A DNA stretch of 57,775 nucleotides, filler included, from Ionaspis alba (Eukaryota): the NCBI GenBank assembly GCA_964255285.1. It is 2 parts of 2 records of this genome, joined end to end, with 100 filler letters (N's around TTAATTAATTAA, not from the genome) between each part and the next. Parts side by side here need not be neighbours in the genome. Positions count along the whole stretch, not along the records: positions 29,107 to 57,775 come from CAXUUL010000125.1; 1 more part is not named here. One strand, given 5' to 3'. Positions within the stretch are counted from its first letter, which is position 1; the number at the start of each line of letters is the position of its first letter. Positions 40,081 through 50,734 of the stretch are shown here, piece by piece. Under the pieces are notes generated by a model, which saw only the letters and a list, made by a program, of their open reading frames with translations, ran no database searches and was not told where the DNA came from. A program made the translations under genes and the position numbers.

Positions 40081-40926
40081 CAGATATTCATGGGTAGAGC
40101 GCCGATCGGGCAGATCGAAGGCGGTGAGCATCGTTGGGGCCAAGCCACCGGCCCGAGCTGCGATAAGAAAGAACGGGATTAGCATCAACATTCAATGCAA
40201 ATTTTGCGTGTCTTAGTCACAGTGTTTCTGGCAAGGGGAACACCTAAGGGCGCAGCTGGAGGACGGTACGGAGATGTTGCAGAAAATTAAGACAAAAGTG
40301 ATTGAAGACGGGGACATAGGTCCTGGTGGAAGTCGAAGGTGGACCATGCAAGCTGGGCTGATGAGATGGTAAGAAGTTTTTGCAGACAACTCCACAAACG
40401 ATCAAATTGAGCTCCAGGCGTAATGCGACAGAGACTATTAGGTAGAGTCACGGCGTGGTCCTGATGTGTTAGTGAGAGAGTGGGAAGGAGCAGTCCGCGT
40501 GTCGATGATAGATAATAAACCAATACATAGCAGGGCAACGTGGTGTACAAGAGTGAAAGAATTGACTTCGGACGTTGAGGATGATAGACGCAAGGACTGA
40601 GCAGGTATAGACCGGGATGTGGATCGTGTCAGCGTTGACAGTGAAGAAGACGAAGATAGTCACAGCACAAAGGAATACAAAATGACCACCAGACCACTGG
40701 GCGCGTATGCAGATGTTTTCAGATCTATCATTGCAGATATCGTATGCATCCCATTAATCCGTGCATCAACGTGCGCAGATGACATTTCCGTCGCCAATCG
40801 CATGCTTAGTATCAGTTTCCACGCCAACAATGCACAAAACCCCATGGCTATATGCACACATGCACGCCAGTGCCATGAACCTAGACCGCACCGCTAAAAC
40901 CTCTTGACCAAGCGGAAAGGAGGCCA

Positions 40927-43048
40927 CTACCTCAAGCTAGCCCCCTTGAACCTCTTAGCAAGCTGTTCCTCATCGTCTCGGGAACGGAAATCGGCATCAA
41001 GAGAGAAAGGAGAAGAACGCTTGGGGGGTCGCTTACCGCTTTCTTGTAGAATGGCTAGCAGCGTTGCCCAGCCAGGAGTACTGAGAAGTTGGAAGCCATC
41101 GGAGAGGTCGTGGGTAGTGGCGACTCTGCAGAGAAGGGCTTCTTCCTCCTATTTATCGCACAACTATTAGCCAGAGACCTCCGCGATATGTGGATAGATG
41201 GGGAAAAATACTTGATTGAGTATCCCCAAGCCGTGCAAGAAGCACAAGAGGTGAAAGTCCGACACAGATCTCACTCCCTTCCCAGGATCACTACGGCTGC
41301 CACCAACGCCGAGCTGTTTTGCCACACCTCGAGGCTCCTGGCTTTCGCCAATGATTTCTCGATTCTCTATTGGGAATTCTGAAGCTCTGAAGATAGCGGT
41401 TGACTCCTTAGGGAAACCATGTGTCAAAGTGACGAGAAGATATTCAACCGGAAAGCTAGGCTTCGCATTTTCTTGCACGCTAGCACCGTATTCGTTGATC
41501 CTCCTGTAAAAGACCTCTGGGATGTAGCGAGTCCGACTCTGCAAACCATTTTCATCGTCCTCATTCTGCACCAGCATGACTGATGGATCTGCTGAAGGCT
41601 CAACAATATCCGCTCTGATCATTTCCACAGCCGAGTTGGAAGCTTGGAAGGCCATGATTGCGATCCCGCCGTCCTCATCGCCGCTCAACACACAAGTCAC
41701 GAAGTTCGAGCCAAATCGACCAGTGTCGCTCCATTTTGTTGGCTTTGGGTTTTGAGCTTGTGACCGTGCTGCAAAAGCAATTTCCAACGATGAGAGGAAG
41801 TAAGAGTCTATGTGCCTTTTACACACTACCGATCCGTCGCCTGCTCCTGCATCGATCAGATCCGTGTATATGACACCCACTTTCTGCAGTCCGCAAAGCC
41901 GGGCCACCTCATCGACATCTTTCTCGTTTTCCCATTCATGCAGTGTACAGCCATCGCTTTCATCCGTTTGCGGGGGTTCGTAAATGGCTTCGACAACAGC
42001 TTTGATGCCCAGAGGTACTTCATCATACTGCTCGTAATGACCGTAGAGAAAGCCAAGCCTTTGGGACCCTGACTTTCTCCAAAAGTCCAGGAGTGAGTTG
42101 ATGATCGAGGGAGAGGCGAATTCCACATGATCCACCATCCGAAATGGCTGAGCCTGCAGTGTGATAGCGCTAGGCTGACACTTTGTACAGATTCCTTCTG
42201 GCCATTGCGCATGTCCGGATGGGCAATCCCGCTTGACTCTGTAGTACGGCTCACTCAAGGGTGGCATATATGATGACTTCAGTTCTGGCTTGTTAGTCGC
42301 AGAGTTGATCTTTCTGAGGTGCGAGTGGAAAGAGAGATGCTTGATTTTCTTTTCCTCTAGGTATGACGGTGCGTAAGGCTCTAAAGGCATGCAGTAATCG
42401 CACATACCCTTCGGACCATGCCTGCACATCTTCTGATCTCGGGATCGAGGTATCTTTCCATCCTGTTTGTCCAGTCTATCGTCCAGCGGAGATTGCTGGA
42501 TAGCTTCCCAAGGGTTTTTTATCGTGGCAGTCGGAGATGTTTGCGGTGGTGGGTCGATAGGAAGATCTTCGGTAGGGAGAATAGGTAGTCCATTCAATCT
42601 ATTAGATGAGTTATGAGGCTGTGTATGTGTTTGTAAAGGAGCGGTCGAATGTCCATTCATTGGTGGTTGGTCAGAGTACTTGACGTAGAGCTTGTCGCCA
42701 TGACTTCAGAATCTCTAGTCAGTCGGTGTACCTCCCCATGAATGAGAGGAGCATACTTCAGGCCAACTCTGTCAACTGTGATGCCTCCAAGCGTACTGAC
42801 TAATCTTATTTCTCCGCCGTGAGGTTGGTTGGACAAAGCGAGGGTAGTAGAGTCAACAGTCTTCGGTAACTTGTCCAAAATCTGTAAAATGGAGAAAATG
42901 ATTAGTTCCGTGTTCTCTTTATGTTATGTGGTAGCTCGATACTCACAGGCGATACAAGATCTGTGAACAGGGTCGATGGAGCGACGTTCAACCGAAACTG
43001 GCCATCTTTGCTTTCGAATCTGAGGATGATAGTTTTTGACGAAGCCAT
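40927..43048 (-). CDS. NPL4: Nuclear protein localization protein 4 (Cdc48-Ufd1-Npl4 adaptor), multi-exon
   Basis: [14 protein letters not shown] (UBL), zinc finger [18 protein letters not shown]…[78 protein letters not shown]. Confidence 0.96.
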
Positions 43049-43551
43049 TTTAAACGTCGACAAATGTCAAATCCAGAAGAAACAGAATTCAAGCCTTCGC
43101 AACAATTAAAGAATAATTTGCTGATGGGTAGAGAAAGATCAGGGCTGCACAAAAGCAGCAGCCTTGATAGTAGACATCTATCACACTACTCCAGAACATG
43201 GTCGAAACTCACGGAGGAAGCTCTCGGCAGCATCAACGTCATTCCTAGCGTTCTCGCTTCTACCCGGCGCTACTGAGCCCTGCGCATTCCAGAAATAAAG
43301 TTGGTGATCGGTGTCCTTTGAATGGGGCTTGGACCAGACGAATTGTTGTTGTTGATGATTCTTCAATCTTGGTTCGTGTGCTGGTTCTTCTTTCATCTTT
43401 CCTTCTACACCCGTGGACTATAAAAACGAGACGACCTGTCTACGCACATTGCATATAGCCTGGTGTATTCGATACTCGTCAGCGTTCTTCGGAACAAACT
43501 CTTGTCCTCAAAGACCTGTCATCCTAATCCTCCTCTCGGTCAGCCTTCACG

Positions 43552-44445
43552 ATGGTCAACTGGGTCGGGCTCGCCATTCCCCTGGCCTACATCACTATCC
43601 TTGTTGGCTCTCTAGCAACCTTCTCCTCATTATACCGAAAACGAAAAGCTGGTGCGCCTCCTTCCCTTCCCTCTCATCCGGCCCCTTTCCCGTCTGCGTC
43701 GCCATCTCCACATATACAGTCTCGTCGTCTAACGTTCACTAGCAAAATCCGCTTCGCTCGAACCCTGGTTTCCTCCCCACTTACAACGTAACATATACCT
43801 CTCTTTGCTACACCTGGACCAACCCTCCGCCTCGAACAAAGAAAAACCTGTACAAGTCCCAGACTCCGTCTTGCGTGCCGCCCTCCTGCGGCGCGCTGTC
43901 GAAGACATTCACCGCATAATCGCCATCCGCAGCGCCAAGCAAGCCCTTAGCACACTGCTTGCAAGGGGCAGTGTAGGTGACGATCTATGGCAGCGATTTG
44001 TGCGCGCAGAAGGGGAGATGGAGGAGGAGCTGAAGGATGTCGTTACCGAGGTAGGCTACCCTCAACTCACGGCTTTCTGGCCACTGCGCTGGCTCGACAT
44101 GGGTTTTTCTTCAAGGCCGTATACTAATGACCGGCCTAGGCAAATGCACTCGCGCCCAACTGGGGTCAAACTATTTTCCAGTCCGCCAACGAGATAGCGT
44201 CCAATCACGCTATTAGACAGAAAGTCGACGAGGCACAGGCGCAAGCTAAAGTGGACCGGGAGTGGTGGGATAGAAAAAGGGCGACGACACAGGCGGAGTT
44301 TATGAAAGAATTGGAAAGTGAGGGCGGGGAAGTGACAGGGTCGAGAGGGGGTTCTGTGGGAGGAGAGAGGGGTAGTGATGAAGATGCTGTGATGGTGGAC
44401 GCAGGTGGGTTAGGAGGGAAGAAAAAGAGAAAAGGGAAGAAATAA
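43552..44445 (+). CDS. SEC66: Sec62/63 translocation complex subunit Sec66 (Sec71), 3 exons
   Basis: N-terminal TM LAIPLAYITILVGSLATFSSLYRKRKA|AKSASLEPWFPPHLQRNIYLSLL, VLRAALLRRAVEDIHR…GSVGDDLWQRF, EANALAPNWGQTIFQSANEI. Confidence 0.92.
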
Positions 44446-44702
44446 GGGGAAGGCTCAATGTAGGTATCGAAGGGCGTACAGGCATTTGGCAAAGGCGTTC
44501 TGAGCGATTCTAGTCGATATTGTGCTTATTATATTTGTGTCTGGACAGCGTGACAAAAACGAGAAGTGACAGGACATGCCGGATTATGAGACCAGCTCTC
44601 CTCTGGTGCCTGCCCAGACGTTCTGTATTGCTACAGTAGACTTAGTTGTCAAAAATCCGAACGTGGCTCCTAGCCCGGTGCTAAGACATGCGATAAACTC
44701 CG

Positions 44703-44727
44703 GCGCGTCAGATCCCTGCTCACGCGT
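44703..44727. promoter_or_regulatory. MCB-like elements upstream of MPH1
   Basis: gcgcgtca at 44703-44710 and acgcgt at 44722-44727, about 100 bp upstream of the MPH1 ATG. Confidence 0.45.
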
Positions 44728-44822
44728 CACGATAGGGCTAGAATGATTTCTAGCATCTATTGATTTCCGAGCAATGATGGAAACCGAATAATGCTACCAA
44801 CAACCCCTAGCAAGCGAAAGAG

Positions 44823-47800
44823 ATGTCCAGTGTGGATGGAGATGAGTATGGAGTGGTAGATGACGAGGACATGTTACTAGCCGCCACTCAAGCAGATCAG
44901 ACATGGACCAACCATAAGAGATACGAGCCAGAGACCATACCTTACCCCCCGTGCAAACGTCGACGACTCATTGGTTCTGAAGACGATATTGAGGGTTCTC
45001 TTGTGGCTTCTGTTACCGATTCTGCCAATGAAAGCTTTGTTGGGGGAGAGCATGGGGAGTCTGGGACCAAGAAGCAACGTCACGATGAACAGACAGACGA
45101 TCAATATAGCACATTCGGCGAGGCTTCGACACCGCCTCGGGCTGAGATCTTGGAAGAGGAAGTCGACAAGGCTCACATTTCGAAAGGCGAGGCACAAAAT
45201 AGCGCTCGCAGACTTCCACGGGGTATGTACGCATGCACACCCAAAACAATACACAATGCACGTCCCACTACTGGATCATCGGAAATCAATCAGGGTCAGA
45301 CCACTAAAATGGCTAGAGAGCTAGCAGATCTACCTTCTGACGCTTTCTCCTCTCCTTTTGCGGTCGACAACACGACGAAGACACCTCTTGAGCTTTCATC
45401 TGAACAGCAGTCTAGCCAGAGGTGGTATCCTCAAACTCTACATCCACAGCGCCTGGCAGGGCCTCAAAATAACCTGCGTCAGACCACTCTATTCGGTGGT
45501 CGGGCCCCAGAAGAACGATCACCACCTCAGACACAGTCTGTGAGACGGCATAACTGGCCACTCGCGAATCGAGATGAAGCTCCAACACATCACAAACTCG
45601 ATCGCGACGCTCTCCAGACATGGGTGTATCCTACAAACCTTGGAAGCATCAGGGACTATCAGTTCAACATTGTTGGCAGAGGGCTCTTTCACAACTTGCT
45701 CGTTGCATTACCCACTGGGCTGGGGAAAACGTTCATTGCAGCAACGATCATGCTGAACTGGTTTCGATGGACCACGGACGCACAGATTGTCTTCGTTGCT
45801 CCTACACGGCCTCTTGTATCACAGCAGGTGGAAGCATGCTTCAACATAGCTGGTATCCCCCGATCAGCTACTACCATGCTTACAGGTGGTACTGCGCCTG
45901 CCCTCCGATCAGAAGAATGGAAAACCAAAAGAGTGTTTTTCATGACTCCACAAACTATTGTCAACGATCTGAAGCACGGCGGTTGTGATCCCAAGAGAAT
46001 TGTTCTTGTCGTCGTAGATGAAGCACATCGAGCAACCGGCGCCTATGCATACGTCGAGGTAGTGAAATTTCTGCGACGATTCAACCCAAGTTTCCGTGTT
46101 CTGGCTCTGACTGCGACACCAGGCGCATCGGTCGAGAGTGTGCAAGAGGTCATTGACGGACTTGGGATATCGAGAGTGGAAATCAGGACGGAAGAGTCCA
46201 TTGATATCTCCAGATATGTCCATCCCCGAAAGATCGACACAGTTCTGTTCGAGTATTCAGAAGAAATGGTTATGGTCATGGATCTTTTTGCCAAAGCCCT
46301 CCAACCCGTTCTAAACAAGCTGAGCAGCATGAATGCATACTGGAGCAGAGATCCAATGACTCTCACCCCGTACGGATGTACACAGGCAAGACAGAAATGG
46401 AATGCATCTGACGCTGGGCGGAAGGCTAATGATGGGGCAAAAAAGATGGTCAACGGGATTTTCACGATCCTCGCCAGTTTGTCTCATTCAATTGAATTAC
46501 TTAAGTTTCATGGCATTGGACCTTTCTTCCACAAGGTCGTTGATTTCCGCCAAGAAGCGAGCGGCAGCAAATACAAGAAACAGATCATCGAGAGCGACCA
46601 TTTCATGACAATGATGACAAGAGTTCAGGCTTGGGTCAATAGCAGCGAGTTTGTTGGCCATCCAAAACTCGAGTACTTGCGTAGTGTAGTGATGAACCAT
46701 TTCCTCGATGCTGGCGAAGGAAGAGGTGTTGCTGTTGGAGTATCACCAGCAGCCACCCGTGTTATGGTCTTCGCACATTACAGAGATAGTGCGGAGGAGA
46801 TAGTGCGAGTACTGAAGCGTAACGAGCCCATGATCAGGCCACACGTCTTCGTTGGACAAGCGAACTCGAAGGGCTCTGACGGGATGGATCAGAAGAAACA
46901 GCTCGAGATTATTCGAAAGTTCAAAGACGGCATTTACAATACAATTGTTGCCACCTCAATCGGTGAAGAAGGGCTGGATATCGGAGAGGTCGACCTCATT
47001 GTATGTTACGATGCATCAGCTTCCCCGATCAGGATGCTGCAACGTATGGGCAGGACTGGTCGGAAACGCGCTGGCAACATCGTTGTTACGCTTATGAAGG
47101 GGAAGGAGGAAAGCAGCTTTGTACAAGCAAAGGACAACTATGAGAAGATGCAGCGAATGATCGCTATTGGTACCAGGTTTACATTCCATGAGGACCTAGC
47201 GCCTCGGATCGTCCCCCGGGATATACAACCTGTCGCGGACAGAAGAATCATCGATATACCATTAGAGAACACGCAGCCAGATCTTCCTGAGCCCAAGAAA
47301 AGAGCACGTCTGCCGAAAAGACCTCCTAAGAAGTTTCATATGCCAGATGGTGTCCGCACGGGCTTTACCAAAGCTTCGAGACTAGGCAATAGTGGCAACG
47401 ATGACGGAAGCGACGACGGTTCGCCCCATGATTCTCCGCAGTCAATACGGATGCCGACCCCTACGCCTGAGCCAATACCTTCGCTCGAGTCTGTGCTTCT
47501 CACGGCATCCGAGGAGAGGGAGCTTGAACGTACTTATCTCGACGTTGGGGGCGATACTCCTCAGATTGTTGAGCCACCAAGGCTAGATGCATTTCCCGAT
47601 CATCAACGAAGGCCAGGCTTCAGCAAGTATGTGAAGCACGGGAAGGTCACAAAGAGAGTGGTGGCTATGCTTCGCACAATACATGTAATGACCGTGGAAT
47701 CTTGCCACAAGCTTGAGAGCAACCTCCAAGCCGAAGATCGAAAGGCCGGCCAGGATCAAGCTGAGAAGCGGACTGCGTTTCTCAAAGGCGATAGGCAGTC

Positions 47801-48236
47801 TCTAAGACCTCCGCATGACAGCCACGATAGTGCATCCGAGTCCGAGCCTAGCTTATCCACAAGACCTCTGACTCGACCTACAGCCAAAGCTCTGGCACGA
47901 CCAGAGCTTGTTAGATCGGACAGAGAGGGAGACAACGAAGACGAAATGGCCGACTTCATCGATGATGACGAAACGGAAACAGCTAGCCGGGCTCTCTCAT
48001 CAGCCTCCTCTCCTCCGCCATTAAAATCTCCCGACAAGCTATTCTACGACCCTTCCCAGAGGAAATCTGACAACTCCGACTCTAATGAAGAGCTACCCGA
48101 GCTAGATATCTTGGTAAAAAGCAATGGCTTTACAAATGCACCAGCGCTTTTGGGGGAATCAGCTGTTGACGAGCTTCCCAGACCAAATCAGAGGAAGGGA
48201 AAGAGGAATGTAGTAGACAGTGATAGTGACGAATGA
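44823..48236 (+). CDS. MPH1: ATP-dependent DNA helicase Mph1/FANCM/Fml1
   Basis: IRDYQF, motif I ALPTGLGKT, VVDEAHRATG, LALTATPG, HPKLE, ATSIGEEGLDIGEVD, QRMGRTGRKRAG, KFHMPDGVRTGF. Single 1137-aa ORF. Confidence 0.96.
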   Translation: MSSVDGDEYGVVDDEDMLLAATQADQTWTNHKRYEPETIPYPPCKRRRLIGSEDDIEGSLVASVTDSANESFVGGEHGESGTKKQRHDEQTDDQYSTFGEASTPPRAEILEEEVDKAHISKGEAQNSARRLPRGMYACTPKTIHNARPTTGSSEINQGQTTKMARELADLPSDAFSSPFAVDNTTKTPLELSSEQQSSQRWYPQTLHPQRLAGPQNNLRQTTLFGGRAPEERSPPQTQSVRRHNWPLANRDEAPTHHKLDRDALQTWVYPTNLGSIRDYQFNIVGRGLFHNLLVALPTGLGKTFIAATIMLNWFRWTTDAQIVFVAPTRPLVSQQVEACFNIAGIPRSATTMLTGGTAPALRSEEWKTKRVFFMTPQTIVNDLKHGGCDPKRIVLVVVDEAHRATGAYAYVEVVKFLRRFNPSFRVLALTATPGASVESVQEVIDGLGISRVEIRTEESIDISRYVHPRKIDTVLFEYSEEMVMVMDLFAKALQPVLNKLSSMNAYWSRDPMTLTPYGCTQARQKWNASDAGRKANDGAKKMVNGIFTILASLSHSIELLKFHGIGPFFHKVVDFRQEASGSKYKKQIIESDHFMTMMTRVQAWVNSSEFVGHPKLEYLRSVVMNHFLDAGEGRGVAVGVSPAATRVMVFAHYRDSAEEIVRVLKRNEPMIRPHVFVGQANSKGSDGMDQKKQLEIIRKFKDGIYNTIVATSIGEEGLDIGEVDLIVCYDASASPIRMLQRMGRTGRKRAGNIVVTLMKGKEESSFVQAKDNYEKMQRMIAIGTRFTFHEDLAPRIVPRDIQPVADRRIIDIPLENTQPDLPEPKKRARLPKRPPKKFHMPDGVRTGFTKASRLGNSGNDDGSDDGSPHDSPQSIRMPTPTPEPIPSLESVLLTASEERELERTYLDVGGDTPQIVEPPRLDAFPDHQRRPGFSKYVKHGKVTKRVVAMLRTIHVMTVESCHKLESNLQAEDRKAGQDQAEKRTAFLKGDRQSLRPPHDSHDSASESEPSLSTRPLTRPTAKALARPELVRSDREGDNEDEMADFIDDDETETASRALSSASSPPPLKSPDKLFYDPSQRKSDNSDSNEELPELDILVKSNGFTNAPALLGESAVDELPRPNQRKGKRNVVDSDSDE

Positions 48237-48482
48237 ATTGACGACTGTACGAATCATGAACTTGGAATAGTCAGGTCGGTTTGCTTGATAGCTTGTGCTG
48301 AAGCAGATATTGAATAGAGAAATCAATACCTTAATCGCCGTAAATGCCTCTGCAAGACCATTGTTGATTTTTGTAGTAACAAAGACCTCGCTTGAGCTGT
48401 AGTATCAGAATTTCGAAACAACGAGCTACTGATCCCAATTACCCAGCGCACCAGGTGCCCTAACTCAGCACTACTACCCACG

Positions 48483-49695
48483 ATGTCCACGGATTCCCAG
48501 TTCGATAGTGCCCTGTATGAGCCTGTCCCTCTCCTCCAGGGTCCCTACTAATCGTTCCTTATTCGCAGCGACCTCCTCCGCCGCCTTCCCCCCACCGCCA
48601 CCACCGAGAACCTCGACCGTCTCTGCACCCTTGTGCCCCACCTGACGGAAGATCTGCTCTCCTCCGTTGACCAGCCACTCGAAGTCCGTCGCTGCAAAAA
48701 GACAGGCCGCGATTACCTGCTGTGCGATTATAATCGTGATGGGGATAGCTGGCGTAGTCCTTGGAGCAATGAATTTGAACCCCCGATCGAGGAGGAGGAC
48801 GGTGGGACGAAGCCGAGTGTGAGGGTGAGGGCCTTGGAGGTTAGGATGGGGGAGGGGGTGGATGTATACCGGGAATTGTGAGTTTCCAGTTTGACAGGAT
48901 GAGGGAAGTGAGACTGGGTGGGGTGAAAGGAAATAGAGTAGGGAGGTATGGACGAGGAGACAATAAGGACGGAGTGAGGCTTGCCGGAGGAGAATGGGGA
49001 GAGGGGGGGCTAATTGTGGGCGAGTGCTTGAAAAAGTAAGTGCTGATCCACTGCTACAGGTACTACGAAGGAGGTGTGAGTAGCGTCTATCTGTGGGATT
49101 TGGACGACGGGTTTGCGGGTGTCGTCTTGCTTAAGAAAAGTACGGTAGAGCACACCACCCCTGGGGTTTTCTACAGAGGGCTGACTCTTGGGGCTATAGC
49201 TGCACCAAAAGACAAGAGTGAGGGCGGCTGGGATTCGATACATGTCTTTGAAGCGATCGATCGTGCGAGAACGGCACACTATAAGCTCACGAGTACGGTC
49301 ATATTACATCTTGGGACAAGTAGCGAGAGCTTGGGAGACATGGATCTCAGTGGGAATATGACGCGGCAAATTGAGCAGGATATGCCAGTCGGGGACGACA
49401 ACAGCCATATTGTCAATATTGGCAGATTGGTCGAGGATATGGAGCTCAAGATGAGGAATTTGTTGCGTATGCATTGGATCCTTTGCATTTTTTACTTGTT
49501 GTAACCGCTAATGCTATGTAGAAGAGGTGTATTTTGGAAAGGCAAAGGACGTTGTTGGGGACCTTCGCAGTGAGCCTTGTTGTTCATCTTTCCTCCTTCT
49601 TGCCCTGGCTGATCCTTCTAGGTATACCACCGCTTACTCAGGCAAATAAGGACAAGGCTACCCATCAGGAGATGATCAATTCGATGAAGAGGTAA
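48483..49695 (+). CDS. CAP2: F-actin capping protein beta subunit, multi-exon
   Basis: [104 protein letters not shown]. Confidence 0.96.
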
Positions 49696-50734
49696 AGGCC
49701 CGGATTTAGGGTTTCAGAATCTGGATCGTCTTGGGGTAGAGGTAGAAAAGCTGATCAGTCATCCAATACTGTCAACATTAGCATAGCGTATATTCCATTA
49801 TTTCCTTCGTGGTTCTGGAGCTTCATAAGTCCAGGAAAGTGTAAAGGTAAACGAAGCTCTTGATACTGCTACTTCATAAGCAAGTCTCAACAACGCAGGC
49901 AGAGATTCTGGTGCAGATCAGTAGATTCGACTGGTGCGCAGGAATCTACACGATTTTCCAACAGTTTCTTTCTCTCTCCCTCTTTCATCGAGACCATGTA
50001 TGATGTACCAGTCTTTCTTCGCTCTAACCTTGATCATCTGTTGTGTTCAGAAGACCCGTTCATCCCAAACAATCAAAACTATCCTCGGCCGCAGTGTACT
50101 GTTAAGTTTGGCGGCTGTGGCATTGAGTCATGGGATGGAACAGTCATGCCATGGCCACGACGAAACGTTGGGTATGGTCGTTCGAAAGTGATCATGGCGC
50201 CTCCACTATTCCTGCTTTCAAATTGCAAAAGCGAGGCCTGCTAACTCCAAGATATCGTTTCAGATAGTATGTGTTAAAGAATTGACAGAAAGCCATTAAT
50301 TGACATGGTGCATTTGTATTCGTACAATCGAAACATGTTGAGGAATGCTTGCCGCCACAAGCGGTCTAGCCGAGTCGGTCAAACTCGAATCAAGGGAAGA
50401 AGGCACCATGCTTTCGATGCCATAACCCTCGGTCACAAGGAATCACGATTCCAAGGACTTGCTCTTCTGAACGGCTCCGAAAATAAAGCCTCGATCAATT
50501 CTTGAAATAGATGCATATACATGGGGCTATGGAGAATCGACTTTGATGGAAAATCCTACTGGTATGGTCTCATTGCATTGATATACTTGGTTACTATAAA
50601 TCATCAACCATTTTCTAACTCATCTGCAGGAACATTGTTGTCGAGATCGAAATCGCTAAGTGCACAGAAACGGTAGTGCGAATTTGAGATAAATTCGCCA
50701 ACTACAGATACAGAACATCTCGAATCTTTATCAG

